DNA of 64,000 bases, from contig OX597814.1 of the NCBI GenBank assembly GCA_951406725.2, positions 27,094,001 through 27,158,000 on the forward strand, given 5' to 3'. The position numbers and the translations under genes were made by a program. This document shows, piece by piece, positions 53,085-64,000 of the stretch. The DNA comes from Octopus vulgaris. Its lineage: Eukaryota. The notes beneath the pieces are model-generated. The model was not told where the DNA came from. It ran no database searches and saw only the letters and a list, made by a program, of their open reading frames with translations. Each line of letters starts with the position of its first letter. Position 1 is the stretch's first letter.

Positions 53085-55730
53085 TTTTTATAGTTAGCTT
53101 TTTGTGAATGAGGAAGTTTGATGTAGTGGATTCATTTGCATTTCTTGCCATGACATTGGCTCATCTGGGATAATAGTTGAATATCCAGACAATTTTTGAA
53201 AATACTTGCATCCATCTTGGCAAGATACTGAAAAGCTTTGGGCATTTAAGCCCTAAGTTGCTATGAGAAACGTAGGACCTTTACGGCTCTGCAGGGAAGG
53301 ATTAGTATAACTTTAGGATTCTCTAGTTAAGGGATTGGTATAGCTCTCAATACTGAAGTTTGGTGTGACCCTCAAGGATTTTCTATATATAAATCATTAT
53401 ATATATATATATATATATACCTTCTTTGTCTACTTTCCAAAGAATGGAGTCTTAGTGCTTTCAATCCCTTCTGGTTACTCAGCTTTTGTTTTGAGTCTAT
53501 TTTCTTCATGTAGTATCACTGGATTGCTTTTAGTTTTACAGTCAGTTTAATACTTTTTGGCAATCATAGTTGCAAGCATAGTCCAGACATCTGAAGAGAA
53601 ATGTTTTCCACAAATGCAGCATGCTTTCTTGCTCTTCCATACAAAATGATTTCAAAATCCATCCTGTCAGTCTTTTGCACATCATTGCCATCTTGTTAAT
53701 GTGTACACGAAAAGATGCAACATTACTCATATTTATTCCCAGTCATGCACTGACTGTGACCCTGGAATTGCAATCCCTCAAGGTCCTGTGCATTCTGGAT
53801 GTGATGTGTTTGTAGGCTAATAGTAATGATCTTTCCAGTGTTAAATTGCATGTTATTTTCTTTAGCCCACTTGTAGATTGCATTGAGGTCTTTCTATAGT
53901 TTTGGGGCTATACCAGTGTTTTTAATTGCCTGTGATACTTTTTATCATTGGCATAGCTGTTGAGAGTGACTATTCGTATAACTGAAGGCATGTCTGATAT
54001 TGCTAGTATAAACAGCTATGGCCAAAAGTCAGTTCTCTGGGATGGTCCATTCAAAATTAGTGTTTCTTTTGAGAGAGCACCATTAGCATCAGCTATTTGA
54101 CTTTTACCTCTTAAAAGGCCATGCTACCCACTCTCCTAATTTCCCAATTATGTCAAGATCACACAGTTTATAACACATATCCCATGATCAACTTCATTGA
54201 AGGCCTTTTTGAAAGTCAAGATATACCATGTATACATTTATGTAGTTGTTCCTAGTTATAGTATTATGGCAACTGTATAAAGTAGTTTCTTCTTGAGTGA
54301 AAGCCTTGCTGAAAATTAGTCAGTAACTCATTTTCTTCTAAGAACCTGATTTGTTTCTGATAATTCATTCTATGACTTTGCAGACATATGAAGTAGAGAG
54401 AGGCCTAACTTTTAATATCTGCCTTGTTTCCTCTTTTATGAACAAAGCATGTTATGTTTTTAACTTATCTGGAGATTTCTTTCTTGCCAAGAAAGTTTGA
54501 AAAGACATCTAGAGTGGCTTGACAAAAGCCTGATAATATGCTTTTTCTGAGGATTGTTGGGAATCCACCAGGGCCTATTGCTGAGTTTAAGCTCATTCCA
54601 GCTATAGTTGATATTACATCTTCCTCGTTTATGTTGATGCAACTGTTACTTGCTGTGGTGTCAAAGAACTGATCTACATGTTTCCTAACCAAAAGGGCAA
54701 AATATTGGATAGAGTTCAAGTGCTCCTTTTACTTTGGACTTTACAGTGTAGGTTCTGGAATGTATTTAATGAATTATTGACATAAATTGCTCAAGTTTTA
54801 TGCTTTTGTTTTGCATAGAGAAACTTTCAAGTGTGTTCCGTTTGAGAATCTCTCTTTGAAATAACTTCCAGTCAGCTTTATGAAAATTTCTTGGGCCATA
54901 CATTGTTGATGAGATCTATGTGAAGAACAGGTCTAAAATGTTTTCATTCCTGGTTGGTTATAGTATAATTTGTTCAAATAGATATTCTGCTTGTTGTTTT
55001 TGTTCATTTAGTGATATTCCTAACAGAATGTGACATTTGGTCTGTTCAGTATTGGGGATGTTAAAGTCACCCATGAAGAATATGTCATGTTGGTCCAGTC
55101 TGGTTAACACCTCTTTCATCTTATCAAGGCTTTCTTCAAATTTACTTCCATTGAGGCATCAGGTTGCTGGCATGTTTTTCCATATAATCAAATTAAGTTG
55201 TTTAGTATATTAGTGACACACTAATATACTATTAGTTCGTCACAAACTGACTTAAAGTATGACAGCAAGACTAAAAGTGTGATGTTTTTAAGGATGAATA
55301 TAGTAACTCTGCCATGGTATCTCTTTCTTCTTAATACAGAATATGACATACTTCAGTATGAATCTCTGCATCCACTATAATTGGTGCCTCTATGATTTCT
55401 ATACATATTGCTTGATTGCATTTTGCAAAATCTAGACAGCAGATTTTACTTCTGGTTATTGATTTATAACAGACCTCTAACATTCATTGATAACAGTGAT
55501 ATGATGTTTGGGTGGGCATCTGTGGTTGTCATCTTTAGTTTGTAATTTCTGATGACTTTGTGTGTTGTTTTCGCTTGTTATCTGCTGCAGCCAAATCAGC
55601 TGCTGTACTCTCTTTAATGTGATGTTTAAAAAAGCATGCTGCTCATCTGCTACAGTTCATTATGCATTTTCATATCATGTTTTGGTGGGTCATTTATTTT
55701 ACATCCATTTTCTCAAACTAACATGAGTTA
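53085..55730 (-). mobile_element. Heavily decayed CR1/Jockey-group LINE (APE endonuclease and RT pseudogene)
   Basis: Minus-strand remnants: FFMGDFNIP, ENILDLFF, SAIGPGGFPTIL, VYLDFQKAFNEVDHG, and SFRVHINKMAMMCKRLTGWILKSF...MLHLWKTFLFRCLDY. Many stops and frameshifts. Confidence 0.85.
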
Positions 55731-56164
55731 GATGAATACATATAACAAAAGCATTGTTTTCAAAGCCAGGTTCCATTTCATGTCCCAAGCCATAGGGTTA
55801 GTTACATGCAGAGCACTCATCTTTGAAAGTGCAGAGCTAATGGATAACTTTTCTGTCAGAGATTTTATTTGGAGAAGTGTAAAATGTAAAAATTCATGCA
55901 CACATGTATGCAACACACACACACACACACCATCATCATCATCAAAACTACTTTTGGTTTAATGTCCAGTTTTCCATTCTTGCATGTAGCAAATGAAATT
56001 CATTGAAGCAGATCTTTTATGGTTGGATGCTTTTCCTGTTGTCAACACTCCACTGTCTCCAAGCAAGATAATATTTCCCCCTTGTCCTTCAAATGTGACC
56101 AGCACAATGTCTAGTGTTTTCACAAAAGATTACGACTGAATGACATTGCTTTTAAGGTTGCTAA

Positions 56165-56285
56165 ATCCACAAACAAGGTTTTAGTAAGCCTGGTACTATA
56201 GTAGAGGACACTTACCCAAGGTGTTAAGTTGCGGGGCTGAACTCAAAGCCATGTGAATATGAACTGAATTTCTTAACCACCCATC
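56165..56285 (-). mobile_element. SINE fragment, reverse orientation
   Basis: 'tactatagtagaggacacttacccaaggtg...gaactc...ttcttaaccac' is the reverse complement of a tRNA-like head plus the body seen at 9320-9430. Confidence 0.65.
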
Positions 56286-56794
56286 CACATATACTGTTTA
56301 CTATGTGATATAACCATGTAGCTTCTCTACAGCAAGAAACCTGCTCTGTTTGGCCCCTTCTCTCATGCATTTCCTAGTTTAAAGTAGTCTCCCTATACAC
56401 TGTAGCCACACCCAGTCAAAAGGGATTTTAGTCTTGCAAGCTGCTTGGTGACCTCCATAGTGCTGTTATTATGAAAAAAGCATCCTGAACACATTGTATA
56501 GTGGTTGGCATTAGGAAAGACATCCAATGTAGAAACCATGTCAAAACAACAACTGAAGTATGATGCAGTCTCCAAGCCTGCATCATTAATTTTCCATAGG
56601 TTTACAGATTATCCTCATGCTGATAAATTCCTTTTTCACAGATTTTGGTCTCTGGGACAAGTCAGCCTGGTGGAATTCATCTGTACTGATTTTGTTATTT
56701 TATAAAATAAGCAATATATGGTGTATTTTGGTAGAGCCATAATGGTAATTAAACTAAACATATGCACTTGTGAATTCTTTTCTTCATTACAAGT

Positions 56795-57636
56795 GAAAAT
56801 CAAATCAAATCAAATCAAAATAGATGAACATTAATGGAATTTGTATCTTTGTGGTACCAGTGCCGGTGGCACACAAGAAAACCATCCGAACATGGCCGTA
56901 GCCAGTACCGCATCGACTGGCCTCCGTGCTGTGGGCACGTAACAAACACCATCCGATCGTGGCCGTTCACCAGCCTCATCTGGCACCTATGTCGGTGGCA
57001 CATAAAAACACCATCCGAAGACCCGGCAAGACTAGTCAGGCCATAACCCGTGGCCCCTACCTGGGACGTAGTCAGTCCACCTGTGCATATCTTCCTTCTT
57101 GTGACACTTGTGAAGACCTGTTGAGGCAAGTGAAACTCAAAACAAATCAAAATAGATGAACATCAATGGAATTTGTATCTTTGTGGTACCAGTGCCGGTG
57201 GCACACAAGAAAACCATCCGAACGTGGCCGTAGCCAGTACCGCATCGACTGGCCTATGTGCTGTGGGCACGTAACAAACACCATCCGATCGTGGCCGTTT
57301 GCCAGCCTCATCTGGCACCTGTGTCGGTGGCACATAAAAACACCATCCGAGCGTGGCCGTCTGCCAGCCTCGTCTGGCACCTGTGTCGGTGGCACATAAA
57401 AAACACCATCCGAGCGTGGCCGTTCGCCAGCCTCGTCTGGCACCTGTGTCGGTGGCACATAAAATCACCCACTACACTCTCGGAGTGGTTGGCGTTAGGA
57501 AGGGCATCCAGCTGTAGAAACACTGCCAGATCTGACTGGCCTGGCGCAGCCTTCGGGCTCCCCAGACCCCAGTTGAACCGTCCAACCCATGCTAGCATGG
57601 AAAGCGGACGTTAAATGATGATGATGATGATGATGA
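56795..57636 (+). mobile_element. Young RTE LINE 3' end (end of ORF and 3' UTR with ~61-bp internal repeats, (GAT)n tail), with an extra upstream copy of part of the 3' UTR
   Basis: 56815-57017 is ~identical to 57147-57349 (offset 332). 57017 'gaagacccggcaag' equals the EKTRQ ORF end seen in the 14-kb LINE. The tail is ccgtccaacccatgctagcatggaaagcggacgttaaatgatgatg, and CpGs are retained. Confidence 0.9.
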
Positions 57637-58429
57637 TATATATATATATATATACAGTGGTGCCTTCGGGCTAAAACATTTTTAAGGATACATGTATATA
57701 TACATACACACACACACATATACACAACTTTATACATATTGCGCATATCATAAACCCCTTATTAGTTCTTTTCATTATTTTATCTATTTCACTACCATGT
57801 AAACATAGTTTCAATAGTTTTGTCTCCCACGTAGTTGTCTTAAGTTGATGCATCTCCGGTAATCGTTACATATTTATTTATTCAAGTTTATCACATCGTA
57901 ACTCATCTCCAAATTTGTCACAGATAGGCTGACCGAAAATTCTAAGATTTTTCAATTCTATTTCACTATTATCGGCATTTGCTGTTTCATTAAATTATGT
58001 TACCCAAAATCCCAAAGAATATTTTTCTCCCTCGTGTTCTATGACCACCCTAATTCTGCGCCCCCCCCCCCCTTTCTCTCTCTTTCGATTTACCACTTGA
58101 TTCGCCAACACTTCCCCCCTCTTTCACCACCACCACCCTATATAAACTAGCGCATGCACTCAGATTCCCCCTACTCGATTTTTAATAACTCCCCCAAAAG
58201 AATACAAATCCAGAAGATGCTCTTGTCTAAATTTGCTAGCTCCCGGTATGCCTGACCTCCCACCCCCTCCACATGTACTGGAAGTTCCTATCCTCTGCCT
58301 ACCTTTAGTTGTCTCCAATGAACACTTCTAAAGGCTTAATGCCATCCCCACTCCTACCTAGGGTTTATCAGTCATATAGTGCATAAAAATGATGGTGTAG
58401 TGTATGCATGTTGTTTATGAATTCTGCTA

Positions 58430-59768
58430 AATGCAAGCTTTCTTTTCAGGTACATGACGCTGCTGTCCCTCGTCCCAAGGTCTCACGGGTCCACACCCTC
58501 AGAGTTGGCACACTGAAAGGTAGGTCTGGTGAGATTGTTGAGATGCTTGAACAGAGATGTGTCAATTTGTGCTGCCTTCAAGAAGTAAGGTGGAGAGGAA
58601 GTTCTGTTAGGTTCCTTACAGGCAAAGAACACAGGTACAAGATTTTCTGGGCAGGGAACACTAACGGGGTCGGGAGTGTGGGTATACTTCTTGTGGAGAA
58701 ATGGGATGATAAGGTAATCGAGGTAGTCAGAGTATGCGATAGAATACTTAAGATTAGATTAGTGCTTCATCATGGGTTAGCAACCATTATCTCGGCCTAT
58801 GCCCCTCAACTAGGGCTACCTGATGGGCAGAAAGACTGGTTTTATGTCACCCTCTTGCAGACTACCTCGTTGACAAATGACAGGGACCTTCTCTTTGTGG
58901 CTGGTAACTTCAATGGACATGTTGGACGACAACATGCAGGGGGCTTTCATGGCGTACATGAAGGCTATGGTTTTGGTTCCTGCAATGAAGAGGGAACCAG
59001 ACTGCTAGAGTTCTGCGATGCAAATGATCTTATGGTTTGCAATACCAACTTCAGGAAACCTGCCAGTCACCTAGTCACCTACCATTCTGGCAGACACACT
59101 AGTCAAGTTGACTACATCCTTGCCAGAAAAAGGGAAAGATGGCTGCTTATAAATACCAAAACCTTTCCAGGCGAAGAATGTACTCCTCAACATAGACTAG
59201 TTAGCAACTTCAGGATCAGAGCTAAATGGATACCCAGAAGACGACCAGCATGGAAGAGAAGGGTCTGGAAACTTAAAGATCCTGCAAATGGACAGAGATT
59301 TAGAGACGTATTACTCGAAGCCTTTGACGAAATAGAAGGGGATATAGCATCAAAGACAACTGGAGGTTTCTACGAGACAACCTGCTGAGAGCCACTGATC
59401 AGATCAGTGGATGGTGCAAAGTCCCCTCTTGACCCAAGGTAACATGGTGGTAGAACAATGTGGTTGATAGGGCTATTAGAGAAAAGAAACAGGCTTGGAA
59501 GAATGGTGGTAGCGGGGAATTGTATCAAACTGCCAGAAGGGAAGCTAGAAGACAGGTTTATTTAGCCAGAGGGAAAGCAGATAAGAAAAAATTTGCCTAT
59601 GTTCTACACCGTGAGGACCAAAGACTTGAAGTATTTCGTGTGTGAGAGAGAAATGTGTCTGCATGGATGATGGTTCACTTGCACTAAATGAGGCTGCAAA
59701 GAGAAAGATTTGGAGACACTACTATGAAAGGTTGTTCAATAAAGAGAATGAATGGGAGAAAGAGAGTC
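58430..59768 (+). mobile_element. 5' half of an RTE LINE: APE endonuclease domain and linker, decayed and truncated before RT
   Basis: ORF 58408-59388 has VGTLKGR, CLQEVRW, SAYAPQ, AGNFNGHVG, CNEEGTRLLEFC, TYHSG..SQVDYIL and QHRLV. Downstream frameshifts follow; 59520-59765 resembles the 5' end of the 14-16 kb copy. Confidence 0.93.
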
Positions 59769-59889
59769 AGCTAAGTATTGTAAGAGATGACCTGGACCTA
59801 CTAAATCATCTCCCCAAACACTAATAAAAACATTTTCATTGTCTCTTTTGATATAATAAACCTTTACACTATGATCTCACATCAATATG

Positions 59890-61490
59890 AACTGGAAGCC
59901 ATTAAATTCTGGCTAGAAAAATACCTCTGTGGATAGGGCATATAACACCATCTTTCAGCATCTTAGGAAGCACACCACTTGCAAGGAAACTTTGGAAAAG
60001 TAAATGAAGTGGTTTCACTAAAGCCTGTCCACATGACCTTAGGAGAATAGCTGGGAAGCCATCAGGGCCAGTGGCAGAGCATGAGCTCATTTCATCTATA
60101 GACACTGTTACATCTGTTTTCTCAATGTTGATGTAAACGATGGCTGGTGCCTCCTTTTTTAGAGCTGCAATATCAAAGAATTCAGCTGGATTTTTTTATC
60201 TGCATGTGTCCAAGGGGGGGAAGTGAAGACCCTTTTAAATTGTTCACTGAGTATCTCACTTATCCTTCCTGCATAGGTCCAATATGTTCTTCCCTCTGGT
60301 TGGCCTGAGTATCACTTGTTCCATGAACAGCTTATTAGTAAGTTCAAATAATGACTGTACATGCTTTTGTTCATGCAGTGACATCCCAGAGAGGATGTGG
60401 TCTTCTGGCTATTTAACATGTGGGAAGTTGAAATCACCCAGGAAGAGTATGTTGATGTTCTGATCTAGGTTCGTTAATACCTCTTTGATGTGTTTGAGGC
60501 TATCTTCAAATTTTCCATCATATTTTGTGGTATTCAGCAGACAATGTATTGAGCATATAGCTACATCAGCTTGCTTTATATGTATTATTAAGGTGTTGCA
60601 AAACTGAGTTTGAATGTGACAATAATACAAGAGGTATGACGGCTTCATGGATGTACATAGCAACTTCGCCGTGGCTTGTTTCTCTTCTATCTGTACGAAG
60701 TACAGCATACTCTGGCATGTCCACTTCCACATCTGTTACATCAGGGTCTAGATGCGTTTCAGTGAATGCCATGCATATTGCTTGATTGCATGTAGCAAAC
60801 TCTTTTTGAAAGAGAATTTTACCTGTGTTGCTGAGTTGTAGCAAACCCCCAATATCCAGTAGGAATATGGGTGATATATCGGGTAGGTGTAAGTGGTGGC
60901 CATTCTGGGCCTGTCACCTGGGGTGGTCTTGTGCATTGGAATGCATGGCTTTGAGTTTGCACGCTGTGCATCCATGTCAGCTGCTGTACTATCTTCTGGC
61001 CCATGTTCAAAAAAGACTGTTGTTTGATTGCTGCAGTTTGTACAGTCTCCGCATATTACCTTTTGAGGGGTGCAGAATGCATTCAGTGACCTCTTTTCCT
61101 ACTCTTTGCAGACAGGTTTCTTCTTCCAGCAACCTGAGCTCTGTCTGTTTCTATCCTTATGCTTCTTCATTTTTCGTTTTGGCATTTTGTCTATTTGTCT
61201 GTCTTGCCTGTTAACTTTGGATATCAGGACATCAGTTTTTCTGGCTGTGCCAGTTTATTGTCTGCCTCTGTTTATCACCACATTCCAGCTTTGACTATTC
61301 TTATTGCAGCTCTTTCTGCTGTCAGTGTTGTTTTTGGGGGCGGTGGTGCTTGCAGGATTTTAGTCAGTGCTGTTTTGGGGGTCAGTGATGTTTGCAGTTT
61401 TGTTTTTTATGCTGTCTGTTTGTCTTTCGTTGGATTCAAGGCATGCAGGGTCGTCATTGAGCACTCCTGTTTCCTTCATTATGTCTCCTA
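59890..61490 (-). mobile_element. Internally deleted CR1/Jockey-group LINE fragment related to 53085-55730
   Basis: Minus-strand CNQAICMAFTETHL, DRRETSHGEVAMYI, ILFLGDFNFPHV, then SATGPDGFPAILLRSC..LVKPLHLLFQSFLASGVLPKMLKDGVICPIH. Shares 'catattgcttgattgca' with 55384-55400. Confidence 0.85.
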
Positions 61491-61554
61491 GAAAGTTGAT
61501 AAACGGCTTGACAAGAGTATATGTTTCTTTAAGAGTCTAGGTAGTGTATACACA

Positions 61555-61619
<65 letters not shown>

Positions 61620-61624
<5 letters not shown>

Positions 61625-61815
61625 TAATCCAAACAAGAAAGCACAAAAAAACACAACGCGAGGACGTGGAACAAATATAGTATTATTGGACGCTAAGGAA
61701 AGAAGGAGGGTTTAACGTTTTGAGCGGAGCTCTTCGTCGGAAACATAGAAGGAAAGATCCAGAGAAGGGAAGACAGAGGGAAAAAAATCGCATCCGGTAC
61801 ACACGCGGTCACACA
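61620..61815 (-). mobile_element. Penelope-type terminal-repeat fragment with a mutated hammerhead motif (61685-61745)
   Basis: Minus strand reads CCGACGA-A-GAGC(tcc)GCTC-AAAA-CGTTAA(loop)TTAGCG-TC: stems II and III and a GUC triplet are present, with two core substitutions. Flanked by microsatellites. Confidence 0.65.
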
Positions 61816-61849
61816 CACATATACATAAAAAAATCGAAATATATAACTT

Positions 61850-62500
61850 TAGGAACGTCCAGAGAGAGAGAGAGAGAATATCGAAGCTTCGTTGAGACAA
61901 AGTTGAAGGAGAGAAACGAGAAGCATTTAACTCTAGGAAAGTTTACGAAGAGAAGGTGCAAGAAAGAAAGAAGAGTAGTTTCGCTAATTGCAGAAAAGGA
62001 GTCGAGGTAATGAGTTTTAAGGATGTTCGATCAAAATTGGGGTAATTTACCTAAGGGAGTTCGAGCAAAATAGTTATTTTTAACTCTGTTGAGGAGAAAA
62101 TAAGGAGGTCTATAACAAGGTGGAAGAAAGAGAAAAAAAATGGTGTCGTCAAGCGTTAAGATGACTCTAAATAGTGTACTTTAATTAGGTTCAGGAATAG
62201 AGAAAGAGACTGTTTAAAGAAGCAAAAAATATTTATTCAACACTAGAAAAGTTTAAGAAGTGAGTGGAAGAAAGAAAGAAGAAACGGAATGGCATCGCGA
62301 AGTGCTAAGAGGAACCGAAGTAATACAAGTAAAGGACGAGAACGTTAAGAATCGAAAAATATTTAACACTAGGAAAGTTTGAGAGTGGAAGAAAAAAAGA
62401 AGAAAAGGAATGGCGTCGCTATATGCAAAAAGGAATCGGATTAATAAACGCCAAGGACGTTCGATCAGGTAGTAAATATTAGCAAGGAAATCTGCAGAAA
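61850..62500 (+). repeat. Degenerate purine-rich tandem repeat, ~4 units of ~130-160 bp
   Basis: 'aac-ctag-aaagttt...gtggaagaaagaaagaag...tggc-tcgc' recurs at ~61930, ~62085, ~62240 and ~62365. 'aagga(t/c)gttcgatca' occurs at ~62020 and ~62455. Confidence 0.7.
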
Positions 62501-62519
62501 GAAAAGTGATTGAGGATTT

Positions 62520-62765
62520 ATAATGATAATAATAATAATACTAATGAAATTATTGTATACAGTGCTCAGGTGCACCACAACTTGTCGAAAGTGCATATAA
62601 AGCATATGCAGTAATGTACAAATGTCTGGAAAGAGAACAGTGTATGAGTTAGATACATGCTTGCGTGTGTATGGAGGGGAGAAAATGAGATGTAGTGTTG
62701 GCGAATCTCAGGAAGCATGGAAGTTTTGAAGGATGCAGTGCTCCGACAAGTAACAACTGATGGCG
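62520..62765 (-). mobile_element. 3' terminus of a CR1-like LINE with (ATT)n tail
   Basis: The minus strand encodes ...SVVTCRSTASFKTSMLPEIRQHY (LINE C-terminal 'VV....ASFK' pattern), then a short UTR ending cactgtatacaataatttcattagtattattatt. Confidence 0.6.
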
Positions 62766-62897
62766 GCGGAGTTGGCATCCACACTCACACCTGCACCTGT
62801 TTGCTTCTCCCCCTTCTTCCCTCCCTCGTGAAGCTGTGGGAAAGGCAGTGTAAGGAAATCAACGTCGTAAAGCGTTGTCAAGGAGACCAGCGCACAA

Positions 62898-63015
62898 GTT
62901 CGCGCATGCGCAGTCACACTTTCGCGCATGCGCAGTCACACGCACACGTTCACGCATGCTCAGTCACTTTTGCGCATGCGCATTAACACCTTCGCGCATG
63001 CGCATTCACAGTTTC
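62898..63015 (+). repeat. Short copy (~5 units) of the 22-bp GCGCATGCGC minisatellite
   Basis: 'ttcgcgcatgcgcagtcacactttcgcgcatgcgcagtcacac...' has the same units as 49443-50782. Confidence 0.92.
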
Positions 63016-63643
63016 GAACATTAGGCCTCACCGAGACCTTTGGGAATATGCTGTGCTTGAGAAGACCCGGCAAGCCAAGTGAGACCATAACCTCGTGGCC
63101 TATGCCAGGGGCGTAACCAGCCCACTTATTCGTACCTTTCCTTCATTGGACACTAAACTCTGCTTGCAAAGACCTGTTGAGGCAAGTGGAATCAAAATGA
63201 AATTCGATGACTGGCATCCGTGCTAGTGGGGCGCTAAGAGCATCATCCGAACGTGATTGTTGCCAGAGCAGCAAACTGGCTTCCATGCTGGTGGTACATA
63301 AAAAGCACCATTCAAGCGTGATCATTACCAGTGTTACCTTACTGGCACGTGAAAAAACACTTGAGCGAGGTTGTTGCTAGTGCTGCTGGACTGGCTCCTG
63401 TGCAGGTGGCACATAAAAAACACCATTTGAGCATGGCCGTTGCCAGTACCACCTGACTGGCCCTCATGCCGGTGACACATAAAAGTACCCTTTCAGAGTG
63501 GTTGGCGTTAGGAAGGGCATCAAGCTGTAGAAACTCTGCCAGATTAGATTGGAGCCTGATGCAGCCATCTGGTTTGCCAGTCCTCAGTCAAATCGTCCAA
63601 CCCATGCTAGCATGGAAAGCGGACGTTAAACGATGATGATGAT
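63012..63643 (+). mobile_element. RTE LINE 3' end (ORF terminus and 3' UTR with internal repeats, (GAT)n tail)
   Basis: 'ttcgaacattaggcctcaccgag' (LGLTE), then 'tatgctgtgcttgagaagacccggcaag' (YAVLEKTRQ). Ends gtccaacccatgctagcatggaaagcggacgttaaacgatgatgatg. Confidence 0.9.
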
Positions 63644-63648
63644 ATATA

Positions 63649-63700
<52 letters not shown>

Positions 63701-63839
63701 TATACACACACATACATACATAGTTCATAGATGAGAATTGGATATTCATCAAGTCAAAGTCAATGGGCAGACTATACCCCTGCTGATGAAAACATCCCTT
63801 GGATGGAATGTCAGTACAACATATGGTTAACCCCCAGTT

Positions 63840-63985
63840 TCTCCTGTTACTCATTGTCAGTTAAATAGACTGGAACAACATGGCATGAAATGCCTTGCTC
63901 AAGGAAATTGAACTCATAATTTCCACTCTGGATACTGAACTCATGATTTTACAGCTGTGAGTCCAATGTCCTAATCATGGGACCA
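63840..63985 (-). mobile_element. Decayed SINE, same family as 52305-52495
   Basis: 'ttactcatt..cag-t-a-tagactggaacaa..catgaaat..cttgctcaagga..ttgaactca...cctaatca'. Confidence 0.6.
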
Positions 63986-64000
63986 CATACTAGCACAAAT

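Noticed and set aside
58408-59388. 326-aa ORF as a host gene (such ORFs are often auto-annotated as craniofacial development protein 2-like)
   Set aside because: It is the APE endonuclease of an RTE LINE, with a mutated GDFN motif and downstream frameshifts.

Overview
This is AT-rich, microsatellite-dense eukaryotic genomic DNA. The SINE/LINE repertoire and compound (TA)/(CA) microsatellites look like a cephalopod, most likely Octopus; that is inference from sequence style. Nearly all ORFs in the supplied track are microsatellite or transposon artefacts. The real host gene is the 3' end of a + strand spliced gene with phase-1 exons at 267-380 and 8103-8264 (together one fibronectin type III domain), a 27-nt microexon at 12172-12198, and a terminal coding exon at 19174-19319 ending in a GPI-anchor-like hydrophobic tail. 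It is probably an IgSF cell-adhesion molecule (neuroglian/L1- or contactin-like). About 26 kb without recognisable LINEs follows (possible very long 3' UTR or intron), then a repeat-rich block at 46-64 kb with decayed RTE and CR1-type LINEs, SINEs and Penelope-type fragments. Three things stand out: an inverted pair of Penelope-type minimal hammerhead ribozyme motifs forming a ~290-bp hairpin (21.7-22.0 kb); a 1.35-kb CpG-rich 22-bp minisatellite of about 60 GCGCATGCGC (NRF1/EWG-type) palindromes with an internal orientation switch and a dispersed short copy at 62.9 kb; and the microexon plus GPI-type end of the FN3 gene. Repeat boundaries are approximate.
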